Shown here: piece by piece, positions 8,489 through 17,776 of the stretch
Position numbering within the stretch: the first letter of the stretch is position 1
Layout: every line of letters begins with the position of its first letter
Source of the DNA: Actinomycetota bacterium
GTDB lineage: Bacteria; Actinomycetota; CALGFH01
Assembly (NCBI GenBank): GCA_035535495.1
Contig: DATLQA010000154.1
Span: 2,354 to 66,353 of the forward strand
Length of the DNA stretch: 64,000 bases
Direction: 5' to 3'
Notes under the pieces: model-generated
Told to the model about the DNA's origin: nothing
Seen by the model: only the letters and a program-made list of their open reading frames with translations
Database searches by the model: none
Program-made: the position numbers and the translations under genes

Positions 8489-9753
8489 ACTTCAAGAGCG
8501 CCCCGCTCGAGCTGCTCGAGCGGCTGGCGGTCGACCCCGAGCGCCTGCCGAAGGCGCTCGCCCACCTGCTCGACCGCGACCACGTCCACGAGGGCGTGAT
8601 CCTGTCGACCTGCAACCGGGTCGAGGTCTACACCGCCATCAGCCGCTTCCACGGCGGCGCCACCGACGTGCGCCGCTTCCTGGCCGAGTTCCACCATCTG
8701 GAGCCGCAGGACTTCGCCGACCAGCTCTACTCGTACTACGAGGAGCGGGCCGTCCGGCACCTGTTCGCGGTCGCCTCCGGGGTGGACTCCCTGGTGGTCG
8801 GCGAGTCCCAGATCCTCGGCCAGGTACGCGAGGCGTTCCGCAGCGCGCAGGCCGAGCAGGCCGTCGGCCCGGTGCTGACCACCCTGTTCGGCCAGGCCAT
8901 CAAGGTCGGCAGGCGGGCGCGCACCGAGACCGACGTCGCCGCCGGCCCGACCTCCACCCTGGCGGTGGGGCTGCGGGTGGCCGAGCGCCAGCTCGGCTCC
9001 CTGGCCGGACGGCGCGTGCTGGTGGTCGGCGCCGGCAAGATGGGCCGCCTGGCCGGCCGCAGCCTGCGCGCGGCAGGCGTCGGCGAGCTGGTGGTCGCCA
9101 ACCGCAGCAGCGCCAACGGCGCCGCCCTCGCCCGCGAGCTCGGTGGCCGCCACGTCCCCCTCGACCAGGTCGGCGACGAGCTGGCAGGGGCCGACCTGGT
9201 GGTCGCCTCCACCGCGTCGATGGCCCCGACGGTCACCACCGCGACCGTCGCCGAGGCGCTGGTCCGGCGCCAGCCGTCCGGCAAGCCCCGCCCGCCGCTG
9301 GTCCTGCTCGACCTCGGTGTGCCGCGGGACGTCGAGCCGGAGGTGCGCTCGCTGCCCGGGGTGTTCCTCGCCGACCTCGACGGGTTGAGGGCGGTGCTCG
9401 AGACCGAGGACGACGGGCGCGTCGCCGAGGTCGAGCGGGTGCGCCGCCTGATCGCCGAGGAGAGCTCCGGCTTCATGACCTGGCAGCGGGAGGTCCGGCT
9501 CGGCCCGGTCATCCGCGCCCTGCGCGCCAGGGCCGAGGAGGTCCGCCGCCGCGAGCTGGCCAGGGCCGAGGCCCGGCTGGCCGGCCTTGACGCCTCCGAG
9601 CGGGCGGCCGTCGAGGCGGTCACCAGCCGGCTGGTCAACAAGCTGCTGCACGAGCCGGTGGTCAGGGGCAAGGCGCTCGCCGCCGGCCCGGACGGCGACC
9701 TCTACGCGCGCATGCTGCGCGAGCTCTACGCCCTGGAGGAGCCGGATGCCTGA
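8464..9753 (+). CDS. hemA: Glutamyl-tRNA reductase
   Basis: 'VILSTCNRVEVY', 'GESQILGQV' and NADPH-binding 'VLVVGAGKMG' are HemA signatures. 429 aa. The ATG overlaps the end of the upstream gene by 25 nt. Confidence 0.9.
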   Translation: MPVFVVGLNFKSAPLELLERLAVDPERLPKALAHLLDRDHVHEGVILSTCNRVEVYTAISRFHGGATDVRRFLAEFHHLEPQDFADQLYSYYEERAVRHLFAVASGVDSLVVGESQILGQVREAFRSAQAEQAVGPVLTTLFGQAIKVGRRARTETDVAAGPTSTLAVGLRVAERQLGSLAGRRVLVVGAGKMGRLAGRSLRAAGVGELVVANRSSANGAALARELGGRHVPLDQVGDELAGADLVVASTASMAPTVTTATVAEALVRRQPSGKPRPPLVLLDLGVPRDVEPEVRSLPGVFLADLDGLRAVLETEDDGRVAEVERVRRLIAEESSGFMTWQREVRLGPVIRALRARAEEVRRRELARAEARLAGLDASERAAVEAVTSRLVNKLLHEPVVRGKALAAGPDGDLYARMLRELYALEEPDA

Positions 9754-10849
9754 GCCGAGGCGGGCCGCCGGCCTGGACGGACTGGTCCGGATCGCCACCA
9801 GGGCCAGCGCCCTGGCGCTGGCGCAGAGCCGGATCGTGGAGGCGGGCCTGCTGGCGGCCTGGCCGGGTCTGGAGGTGGCACTGGTCGGAGTGGTGACCGA
9901 GGGCGACCGCCGCCGCGACCTCAGCGCCGCCCAGCTCGGCGGCAAGGGCGTGTTCACCGCCGCGGTCCAGCAGGCGGTCCTCGAGGGCCGGGCCGACCTG
10001 GCGGTGCACTCCGCCAAGGATCTCCCGGCGGCGCAGACCCCAGGGCTCGCCCTGGCCGCGGTCCCCGAGCGCGAGGACCCGCGCGACGTGCTGGTCACCG
10101 CGGCCACGGCGGCCGGGGGGTCCGGGGGGCTCAGCGAGGTGGCCCGTAGCCGCGCGCTGGCTGGACTGCGAAGCGACGAAGGAGCGACGAGGGAAGCCAG
10201 CGCACTGAGCGGTGGAGGGCCACCGAGCGTTTCTGTAAGGGACCCGCTCGACAGCCTCCCCACCGGCTCCCGGGTGGGCACCGGCAGCCCGCGCCGGGTC
10301 GCGCTGCTCTCCTGGCTCCGCCCCGACCTCGAGGTGCGGCCGCTCCGCGGCAACGTCGACACCCGTGTCGGCAAGGTCGTCGCCGGCGAGCTGGACGCGG
10401 CCGTCCTAGCAGCCTCCGGGCTGCGTCGCCTCGGGCTGGCCGCCGCGACCGCCGGCTTCCTCGACCCCGAGGTGTTCACCCCGGCGCCCGGCCAGGGCTG
10501 CCTCGCGGTGGAGGCACGCGAGGACGACCAGCGGGTGCTCGCGCTGCTCGCCGGGCTCACCCACGAGCGGTCGCGGACCGCGCTGGCCGGGGAGCGTGCC
10601 TTCCTCGCCCGTCTCGGCGGCTCCTGCACCCTGCCAGCCGGCGCGCTGCTCACCATCATGGCCGACGGCTCCCTTGAGCTGCGCGGCTTCGTGGCCGCGC
10701 TGGACGGCAAGGGCTTGGTGCGCGAGCGGCTGACCGGCCCGGCCGGCGACCCGGAGGGTCTCGGCCGGGCGCTGGCCGATCACCTCCTGGCGGCCTGCGG
10801 CCCAGAGGTCCGCGAGGTGATCGAGGCGAACGCCCGCCAGGATCGATGA
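9746..10849 (+). CDS. hemC: Hydroxymethylbilane synthase (porphobilinogen deaminase) carrying an internal insertion of ~45-50 aa
   Basis: 'RIATRASALALAQSRIV', 'SAKDLP' and 'GSCTLPAGA' HemC motifs. 367 aa against the usual ~310. The extra segment 'TAATAAGGSGGLSEVARSRALAGLRSDEGATREASALSGGGPPSVSVRDPLDS' sits between 'DPRDVLV' and 'LPTGSRVGTGSPRR'. Confidence 0.9.
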   Translation: MPEPRRAAGLDGLVRIATRASALALAQSRIVEAGLLAAWPGLEVALVGVVTEGDRRRDLSAAQLGGKGVFTAAVQQAVLEGRADLAVHSAKDLPAAQTPGLALAAVPEREDPRDVLVTAATAAGGSGGLSEVARSRALAGLRSDEGATREASALSGGGPPSVSVRDPLDSLPTGSRVGTGSPRRVALLSWLRPDLEVRPLRGNVDTRVGKVVAGELDAAVLAASGLRRLGLAAATAGFLDPEVFTPAPGQGCLAVEAREDDQRVLALLAGLTHERSRTALAGERAFLARLGGSCTLPAGALLTIMADGSLELRGFVAALDGKGLVRERLTGPAGDPEGLGRALADHLLAACGPEVREVIEANARQDR

Positions 10850-12417
10850 GCGGCGGGCGGTCACCAGCGGACGGCGTGGTCTACCTCGTCGGTGCCGGCC
10901 CCGGCGATCCGGGCCTGGTCACCGTGCGCGCCCGTGAGCTGGTCAGCCAGGCCGAGGTGCTGGTCTACGACCGGCTGATCCCGCCCGGCCTGGTGGACGA
11001 GGCCCCGGCGGGCTGCGAGCGGATCTACGTCGGCAAGCTGCCCGACCGGCACGTGCTGCCCCAGGCCGAGATCAACGCGCTGGTGGTGGCGAGGGCCAAG
11101 GCCGGCAGGCGGGTGGTGCGGCTCAAGGGTGGCGACCCGTTCGTGTTCGGCCGCGGCGGCGACGAGGCGGTCGCCTGCGCCGAGGCCGGGGTGCCGTTCG
11201 AGGTCGTGCCCGGCGTGACCTCGGCCGTGGCCGTGCCCGCCTACGCCGGCATCCCGCTCACCCAGCGCGACCTGTCCAGCGCCTTCGCGGTGGTCACCGG
11301 GCACGAGGACCCGGCCAAGGGCGCCGCCACGGCCCGCTGGGCGGCCCTGGCGGAGATCGGCACCGTCTGCGTGCTCATGGGAGTGGAGCGGCTCGGCGCC
11401 ATCGCGGCCCGGCTGATCGAGGCTGGCAGAGACCCGGCCACCCCGGCCGCGGTGATCGAGCAGGGCACCACCCCGGCCCAGCGGGTGGTCTCGGCGCCCC
11501 TTGCCGGCATCGCCGCCGCGGCCGCCGATGCCGAGGTGCGCTCGCCGGCCGTGGTGGTCATCGGCGCGGTGGCCGGCCTGCGCCAGCGCCTCGCCTGGTA
11601 CGAGAACCGGCCGCTGTTCGGCAGCACCGTGCTGGTGCCGAGGACCAGGCAGCAGGCAGGGCAGCTCTCGGCCCTGCTGCGCGAACGGGGCGCCGAGCCG
11701 CTGGAGGTGCCCACCATCGAGGTGCGCCCACTTGAAAGTTACGCCGACCTCGACCGCGCGGTGGCGGAGCTGGCCGAGGGCGCCTACGACTGGATCGCGC
11801 TGACCAGCGCCAACGGCGTGGCCGCGCTGCGTGCCAGGGCCGAGGCGACCGGGAGGGACGCCCGCGTGCTCGGCCGCGTGCGGGTGGCGGCGGTCGGCCC
11901 CGGCACCGAGGCCGCCCTGCGCGCCTGGGGGATCGCTCCCGACCTGGTGCCGGCGACCGCCACCACCGCCGCGCTCGGCCGGGCATTCCCGCCCGACCCC
12001 GGCCGGGTGCTGCTGGCCCGGGCCGATCTGGCCAACCCGGAGCTGGCGGTGGCGATCACCGCCAAGGGCGGCCGGCCGGACGAGGTCACCGCCTACCGCA
12101 CCGTGCCACTGGACGACCTCGACCCGGCCGCGCGCAAGCGTCTCGACGGCGGAGAGGTCGACTGGGTGGCGTTCACCGCCGCGTCGACCGTGACCGGGTT
12201 CGTACGCGCCTACGGGGGGCCGCCACCCGCCGGCGTGCGGGTCGCCGCCATCGGGCCGGTCACCGCCGCGGCAGCCGTGGCCGCGGGCATGCGGGTCGAC
12301 GCGGCAGCCACCGAGCACACCATCCCCGGCCTGGTCGCCGCGATCGAGCAGGCCCGATCCTCCGGGGGGGCAAACAGCGCCCCCCCGGACCCCCCCGACG
12401 AGAGGACGGATGCTTAG
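10846..12417 (+). CDS. hemD: Bifunctional uroporphyrinogen-III C-methyltransferase / uroporphyrinogen-III synthase
   Basis: The N-terminal half has SUMT motifs 'VYLVGAGPGDPGLVT' and 'VVRLKGGDPFVFGRGGDE'. The C-terminal half is HemD-like. This fusion is typical of actinobacteria (Rv0511-like). ATGA overlap with hemC. Confidence 0.9.
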   Translation: MSGGRSPADGVVYLVGAGPGDPGLVTVRARELVSQAEVLVYDRLIPPGLVDEAPAGCERIYVGKLPDRHVLPQAEINALVVARAKAGRRVVRLKGGDPFVFGRGGDEAVACAEAGVPFEVVPGVTSAVAVPAYAGIPLTQRDLSSAFAVVTGHEDPAKGAATARWAALAEIGTVCVLMGVERLGAIAARLIEAGRDPATPAAVIEQGTTPAQRVVSAPLAGIAAAAADAEVRSPAVVVIGAVAGLRQRLAWYENRPLFGSTVLVPRTRQQAGQLSALLRERGAEPLEVPTIEVRPLESYADLDRAVAELAEGAYDWIALTSANGVAALRARAEATGRDARVLGRVRVAAVGPGTEAALRAWGIAPDLVPATATTAALGRAFPPDPGRVLLARADLANPELAVAITAKGGRPDEVTAYRTVPLDDLDPAARKRLDGGEVDWVAFTAASTVTGFVRAYGGPPPAGVRVAAIGPVTAAAAVAAGMRVDAAATEHTIPGLVAAIEQARSSGGANSAPPDPPDERTDA

Positions 12418-12419
12418 CC

Positions 12420-13418
12420 ATGCAGCCACCGCCGTTCCCCGCGAGCCGTCCACGCCGCGCACGCCGCACCGGGGTCCTGCGCGACCTGGCCCGCGAGACC
12501 GAGGTGTCCCGGCGCGACCTGGTCGCTCCCCTGTTCGTCAAGGAGGGCATCGGCGAGCCGGTCCCGATCGCCTCCATGCCAGGCCACTACCAGCACACCC
12601 TCGACAGCCTCCGGAAGGAGGCCGCCGAGCTGGCCGCGCTCGGCGTCCCGGCGCTGCTGCTGTTCGGCGTGCCGGCGTCCAAGGACGCCGAAGGCTCCCA
12701 GGCATGGGCGCCCGAGGGCATCGTGCAACGGGCGCTCAGCGCCCTCGACGACGATCTCGGCGACCAGGTCGCCCTGATCGCCGACCTCTGCCTCTGCGAG
12801 TACACCGACCACGGCCACTGCGGCGTGCTCGCCGGTGGCCACGGCGGTGCCCTTCCCGGGGTCGACAACGACGCCACCCTGGAGCGCTACGCGCGCACCG
12901 CCGTCGCCCAGGCGGAGGCGGGGGCGGACGTGATCGCCCCGAGCGGCATGATGGACGGCCAGGTCGGTGCCATCCGTCAGGCGCTCGACGGGGCCGGCTT
13001 CGCCGACCTGGCGATCCTCGCCTACGCCGCCAAGTACGCCTCGGGCCTGTACGGGCCCTTCCGGGAGGCGGCCGAGGGCGCTCCGCGGTTCGGTGACCGC
13101 AGCGGCTACCAGATGGACCCGGGCAACGCCGACGAGGCCCTGCGCGAGGTCGCCCTGGACGTCGCCGAAGGCGCGGACATGGTCATGGTCAAGCCGGCGG
13201 TCGCCTACCTGGACGTGCTCTGGCGGGTCAAGCAGGCGTTCGGCCTGCCGACCGCCGCCTACCAGGTGTCGGGGGAGTTCGCGATGGTGAAGGCCGCGGC
13301 GGCGAACGGCTGGGTCGACGGCGAGCGGGTCATGCTGGAGCTGCTCACCGGCATCCGCCGGGCCGGCGCCGACCTGGTCGTCACCTACTTCGCCCGCGAG
13401 GCCGCGCCCCTGCTGTAG
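12420..13418 (+). CDS. hemB: Porphobilinogen synthase (delta-aminolevulinic acid dehydratase)
   Basis: 'MVKPA' active-site lysine region and 'GADMVMVKPAVAYLDV', 'VSGEFAM'. 332 aa. Confidence 0.9.
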   Translation: MQPPPFPASRPRRARRTGVLRDLARETEVSRRDLVAPLFVKEGIGEPVPIASMPGHYQHTLDSLRKEAAELAALGVPALLLFGVPASKDAEGSQAWAPEGIVQRALSALDDDLGDQVALIADLCLCEYTDHGHCGVLAGGHGGALPGVDNDATLERYARTAVAQAEAGADVIAPSGMMDGQVGAIRQALDGAGFADLAILAYAAKYASGLYGPFREAAEGAPRFGDRSGYQMDPGNADEALREVALDVAEGADMVMVKPAVAYLDVLWRVKQAFGLPTAAYQVSGEFAMVKAAAANGWVDGERVMLELLTGIRRAGADLVVTYFAREAAPLL

Positions 13419-13421
13419 TCG

Positions 13422-13583
13422 CTACCGTGGCTGGCCGCTCCCCCGCCTGAACAGCCGGTTGGTGATGCTGCGACCGAGCGGGCCGCGCATCGCTCCGAAG
13501 CCGAACCTGCCCAACGGCACGGCCAGCAGCAGCACGATGATCACGAACACGGCGACGAGGAGCAGGGCGAGCAGTCCGTCCAT
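13422..13583 (-). CDS. Small hydrophobic protein (53 aa, single TM)
   Basis: ATG with an upstream GGAGCG. The peptide is 'MDGLLALLLVAVFVIIVLLLAVPLG...'. It converges on the hemB end. Small TM proteins follow hemB in mycobacteria (Rv0513/Rv0514). Confidence 0.35.
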   Translation of the reverse strand: MDGLLALLLVAVFVIIVLLLAVPLGRFGFGAMRGPLGRSITNRLFRRGSGQPR

Positions 13584-13750
13584 GAGTCGCTCCGTTTCGG
13601 GAACTTGTCCGTACCAACATCGCTCCGCACGCCGGGTTGCGCAAGGCCTCACGCGGCGCGAGGCCGGTCGGAGCGGCGCGCTACCGTGGAGTGGACAGCA
13701 CGGCAGCCGTCCCAGCCTGGAAGGGCGGGGCGCCGGACGAAAGGGCGAGC

Positions 13751-14785
13751 ATGCGGCCATGGCAGAAGGAGCCCGCCGGGACGTTCGTACGGGAGCTGGT
13801 CACCAGCAGGGCGCTCGAGGGCAACCCGCTCGGTGACCCGCACGAACGGCCGCTCTGGGTGTACCTCCCCCCCGGGTACGACGACGACGCGGACCGGCGC
13901 TACCCGAGCATCTACGTGATCCAGGGGCTCACCGGCCAGGTCGACATGTGGTGGAACCGGAGTCCGTTCCGGCCCAACTTCCCCGAGCTGGCCGACCGGA
14001 TGTTCGCCGCCGGCGAGGCGCCCGGATGCGTGCTGGTGATGGTGGACGCCTTCACCTCGCTCGGCGGCAGCCAGTTCGTCAACTCCCCTGGCACCGGCCG
14101 CTACCTCGACTACCTCTGCGACGAGCTGGTGGGGATCGTGGACCAGCGCTACCGCACCATCGCCGACCGGGACCACCGTGGCATCACCGGCAAGTCCAGC
14201 GGCGGCTACGGCGCCATGGTGGTGCCGATGCTCCGCCCCGACGTGTTCGGCGCGCTCGCCAGCCATGCCGGCGACGCCCTGTTCGAGACCTGCTACCTGC
14301 CGGAGTTCCGGGTCACCGCGCGCACGCTGCGTGACCGTTACGAGGGATCGTACGAGCGCTTCTGGACCGACTTCCGCTCCCGCCCCGCGTTCAGCCAGGA
14401 GCACGACGGCGAGCTGCTCAACTGCTGGTGCATGGCGGCCTGCTACTCGGCCGAGCAGGACGGCACCGTGACGCTCCCGTTCGACCCGGCCACCGGCCGG
14501 CTGCGCGAGGAGGTCTGGCAGCGCTGGCTGGAGATGGATCCCGTCCGCATGGCACCGAAGCACGCCGAGGCGCTCCGCTCCATGCGCGGCGTCTTCCTCG
14601 ACGCCGGCAAGCGCGACGAGTACTACCTCGACCTCGGCATGGCCGCGTTCGCGGCCGAGCTGGACGCCCTCGGCATCGCCTACACCATGGAGCTGTTCGA
14701 AGGCACCCACATGGGCATCGAGTACCGCTACCCCAAGGCGGTAGCCTTCCTGGCCGAACGGCTCCACCCGGGTACGGCGAGCTAG
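13751..14785 (+). CDS. Putative esterase (esterase D / enterochelin-esterase-like alpha/beta hydrolase)
   Basis: 'GKSSGGYGAM' nucleophile elbow (GxSxG), 'PLWVYLPPGYD' and a ~345 aa length typical of the PF00756 putative esterase family. ATG 13751. Confidence 0.7.
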   Translation: MRPWQKEPAGTFVRELVTSRALEGNPLGDPHERPLWVYLPPGYDDDADRRYPSIYVIQGLTGQVDMWWNRSPFRPNFPELADRMFAAGEAPGCVLVMVDAFTSLGGSQFVNSPGTGRYLDYLCDELVGIVDQRYRTIADRDHRGITGKSSGGYGAMVVPMLRPDVFGALASHAGDALFETCYLPEFRVTARTLRDRYEGSYERFWTDFRSRPAFSQEHDGELLNCWCMAACYSAEQDGTVTLPFDPATGRLREEVWQRWLEMDPVRMAPKHAEALRSMRGVFLDAGKRDEYYLDLGMAAFAAELDALGIAYTMELFEGTHMGIEYRYPKAVAFLAERLHPGTAS

Positions 14786-14815
14786 GAGGGCAGCGTCATC
14801 GACGAGCCGGCCGAG

Positions 14816-16099
14816 GTGCCCCGCAGCGCCGCCCTGTTCCAGCGTGCCCGGACGGTGATCCCCGGCGGGGTCAACTCCCCGGTGCGGGCGTTCCGCGCGG
14901 TCGGCGGGACGCCGAGGTTCTTCGCCCGCGGCGAGGGTGCCTGGCTCTGGGACGTCGACGGCAACCGCTACGTCGACCTGGTGCTGTCGTGGGGCCCGCT
15001 GATCGCGGGCCACGCCCACCCCCGCGTGGTCGCGGCGGTACAGGCGGCGGCGGGACGCGGCACCTCGTTCGGCGCGCCGACCGAGGGGGAGGTCGAGCTC
15101 GCCGAGGAGGTCGCCCGCCGGGTCCCGGCCGTCGGCAAGCTGCGCATGGTCAACTCCGGGACGGAGGCGACCATGAGTGCGGCCCGCCTGGCCAGGGCGG
15201 TCACCGGCCGCCGCAAGCTGGTCAAGTTCGCCGGCTGCTACCACGGGCACGCCGACGGCCTGCTCGCCTCCGCCGGCTCCGGCGTCGCCACCCTCGGCCT
15301 GCCCGACTCGCCCGGCGTGACCCCGGCGCAGACGGCCGACACGCTGGTCCTCCCGTATAACGACGAGGCCGCCCTTGCCGGCGCGTTCGAGCGCGCCGGC
15401 GGCGAGATCGCCGCGGTCATGGTCGAGCCGATCGCGGCCAACATGGGAGTGGTGCCGCCGACCCCTGGGTTCCTCGCCGCGCTGCGGGAGCAGACCCGCC
15501 GGGCCGGTGCGCTGCTGGTCCTCGACGAGGTCCTGACCGGCTTCCGCGTGCACCGGTCGGGCGCCACCGGCCTCTACGGCCTCGACCCCGACCTGATCAC
15601 CTTCGGCAAGGTGATCGGCGGCGGCCTCCCCGCCGCGGCCTACGGCGGCCCGTCCGAGCTGATGGCGCAGGTCGCGCCGGAAGGGCCGGTGTACCAGGCC
15701 GGCACACTCTCGGGGAACCCGCTGGCCACCGCCGCCGGTCTCGCCACCCTCTCGCTGCTCGACGACGACGCCTACCGCCGGCTCGATCAGCTCGCCGCCG
15801 CCATGGCCGAAGGGCTGCAGGACGCCTTCGACCAGGCCGGCCTCCCCGCCAGGACGCAGCGCGCCGGCACCTTGTTCAGCGTCTTCATGACCGGCGACGA
15901 GGTGCTCGACTACGCCGCCGCCCAGAAGCAGGACACCGCCGCCTACGCCCGTTTCTTCCACGCCATGCTGGCCAGGGGCGTCTACCTCCCCCCGAGCGCC
16001 TACGAGGCCTGGTTCCTGTCGATCGTCCACAGCGATGCCGACGTCGAACGGGTGCTCGCCGCCGCACGGGACTCGGCCAGGACCGCCGCCGCCGGCTGA
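14816..16099 (+). CDS. hemL: Glutamate-1-semialdehyde 2,1-aminomutase
   Basis: '[20 protein letters not shown]', '[17 protein letters not shown]' and PLP-lysine region '[14 protein letters not shown]'. GTG start. Confidence 0.9.
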   Translation: MPRSAALFQRARTVIPGGVNSPVRAFRAVGGTPRFFARGEGAWLWDVDGNRYVDLVLSWGPLIAGHAHPRVVAAVQAAAGRGTSFGAPTEGEVELAEEVARRVPAVGKLRMVNSGTEATMSAARLARAVTGRRKLVKFAGCYHGHADGLLASAGSGVATLGLPDSPGVTPAQTADTLVLPYNDEAALAGAFERAGGEIAAVMVEPIAANMGVVPPTPGFLAALREQTRRAGALLVLDEVLTGFRVHRSGATGLYGLDPDLITFGKVIGGGLPAAAYGGPSELMAQVAPEGPVYQAGTLSGNPLATAAGLATLSLLDDDAYRRLDQLAAAMAEGLQDAFDQAGLPARTQRAGTLFSVFMTGDEVLDYAAAQKQDTAAYARFFHAMLARGVYLPPSAYEAWFLSIVHSDADVERVLAAARDSARTAAAG

Positions 16100-16121
16100 C
16101 GCTACCGGCGACCCGCCTGGT

Positions 16122-17249
16122 TCAGCCAGGCGTCTGCTGCTTGCTGTAGCCGATGTGGAGGTGCTCCTGGTGGCCTTCGTCGGTGAAGTACGGCCGGTGG
16201 CCGATCGTGAACGGCGAGCCGATCTCGGCGGGGCGCAGCGGCCCGTCCAACCGGTCCAGCCAGGTGGCAAGCTGGCGGGCTTTCGTGCTGGTCGGGCTGA
16301 CCGGCTGGCCGTCGACCCGGTCGATGTCGACCGCCCGCCAGACGGTGTGGTTGGAGATGCGCCTGGTCCCCTTCACATACTTCGAATGGCCGGTCCGCAG
16401 GCACGACAGGCGGATCGCATACCGGTCGGTGAGCGCCGCCAGCAGCGACTCGATGCGCAGGTCCAGCCGGCCCGAGGCCAGGTCCGGTTCTGGGTCGCAG
16501 CCGTGCGAGGTCGTCGTCGTGAGCCTGGGGTTGTGGGCCAGGGCGACCACGAACGGGTCGCTGGAGCGTGGCAGGACGCGCACCGCGGCGGTGTAGCGGT
16601 CGGCCAGGGTGACCACCTCGTGGACGTACCAGCAGGCGTTGTTGTAGCGCTTCAGCGCCAGGTGCAGCGCGGGCGAGCCCAGGACGTTGGGGCAGGGGTC
16701 GGGCGGGTCGGCCCGCAGGGCCAGGCCGTTGGCGCACAGCTTGCGGGCGGCGGCCGGGATCGCGTCGGCGGGGTCATAGGGGCTGCCGCCACGGCCGATC
16801 GCGTCCCAGGTCGACGGTGGCCCGTTGGTGAGGTTGAACTGCATCGGTCCGGCGCAGCAGCCGGCCCGGTTCAGCCCGGTGCGCACCCCCGGTGCCGGGG
16901 AGCGGCCGTGGTCGGACTCGATCTTGCCGATGCCGGCCAGGACCTGCCAGGCAAGGTTCGGGCAGGTCGGCGCGGCGGCCAAGTACATCGACAGGTAGCC
17001 GCGGGGGATGTCGCCAAGCGCGAAGGCGCTGGCACCGGCGACCGCCCGTTCCACCGGGGCGGGCGGCGCGGGACGGCCGCCGCCACGGAGCACCTCGGTC
17101 ACCTTGCGGGTGACCGCACCTGGCACCTTGGCGAGCGGGAAGCCAGGAGAGGCCGACCCGGCAAGGACCGCCAGCAGCAGGAGGGCGGCGATGGCGCCGC
17201 CCCCCTTGAGCATCACCGAGCGCCGCACGGGGGTCAGCCCACCGCCCAC
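16122..17249 (-). CDS. Secreted bifunctional cell-wall hydrolase: N-terminal lytic transglycosylase (SLT) domain plus C-terminal M15-family (LAS) metallopeptidase domain
   Basis: Signal peptide 'RRSVMLKGGGAIAALLLLAVLAGSASP'. SLT-like 'GIGKIESDHG…GPMQF…YDPADAIPAAARKL'. C-terminal LAS motifs 'SNHTVWRAVDID' (SxHxxGxAxD) and 'HQEHLH'. Start is GTG 17249 or ATG 17213. Confidence 0.65.
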   Translation of the reverse strand: MGGGLTPVRRSVMLKGGGAIAALLLLAVLAGSASPGFPLAKVPGAVTRKVTEVLRGGGRPAPPAPVERAVAGASAFALGDIPRGYLSMYLAAAPTCPNLAWQVLAGIGKIESDHGRSPAPGVRTGLNRAGCCAGPMQFNLTNGPPSTWDAIGRGGSPYDPADAIPAAARKLCANGLALRADPPDPCPNVLGSPALHLALKRYNNACWYVHEVVTLADRYTAAVRVLPRSSDPFVVALAHNPRLTTTTSHGCDPEPDLASGRLDLRIESLLAALTDRYAIRLSCLRTGHSKYVKGTRRISNHTVWRAVDIDRVDGQPVSPTSTKARQLATWLDRLDGPLRPAEIGSPFTIGHRPYFTDEGHQEHLHIGYSKQQTPG

Positions 17250-17776
17250 CCGGAGCCGTCGCGGTGGACGGTGACGTAGCCGGTCGGCAGCCGGCCATCG
17301 CCGGCGTCGGCCATCACCAGCACGCGCCGCTCGTTCGCGCTCACCTGCTCCTGCTGCAGCGCCTGGACGCTGTCCCTGTCCACCCCGTGACGCCGGGCGA
17401 ACCAGTTCGCGGCCGCGTCCTCCGGCCGGCGGCCAACCTCGCGGCTCGGCCGGTTGGCGGTGGCCTGCCGGTCGGTGGTGGCCGCCCCCGCGACCTGGGT
17501 GGACGCGCGCTCCACGGCCGCCACCTTGCCGAGCGCCCTCGGCCGCCCGTCGGGGTTGTCGTAGAGGGCGCCCACCACCGTGGTGAGCACCAGGGCGAGG
17601 GCGGCCACGGCGAAGAGGCGCCGGCCGAGCCGGCTGCGCAGCAGCCGCAGCGGCAGGAACATCACCGTGGCGGCCAGCCGGACGCCGGCATCGCCGCCGC
17701 GGAGGGTCACCACGTCGTCAGGAACCTGGCCGAACATCCCCGGCCGGCGCCGGACAGCGGTTGCATGGGCGTTCAT
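17234..17776 (-). CDS. Hypothetical single-TM protein (180 aa)
   Basis: ATGA overlap with the upstream membrane-protein gene. One hydrophobic helix 'LFAVAALALVLTTVVGALY'. Coding-like GC3. Confidence 0.5.
   Translation of the reverse strand: MNAHATAVRRRPGMFGQVPDDVVTLRGGDAGVRLAATVMFLPLRLLRSRLGRRLFAVAALALVLTTVVGALYDNPDGRPRALGKVAAVERASTQVAGAATTDRQATANRPSREVGRRPEDAAANWFARRHGVDRDSVQALQQEQVSANERRVLVMADAGDGRLPTGYVTVHRDGSGWAVG

Noticed and set aside
7873-10710. 945-aa minus-strand ORF spanning sirC-hemA-hemC
   Set aside because: Serine/Arg/Pro-rich nonsense opposite three conserved hem genes. Long stop-free antisense frames are expected at this GC content.
13649-16270. 873-aa minus-strand ORF across the esterase and hemL
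   Set aside because: Antisense to two recognisable enzymes. No motifs.
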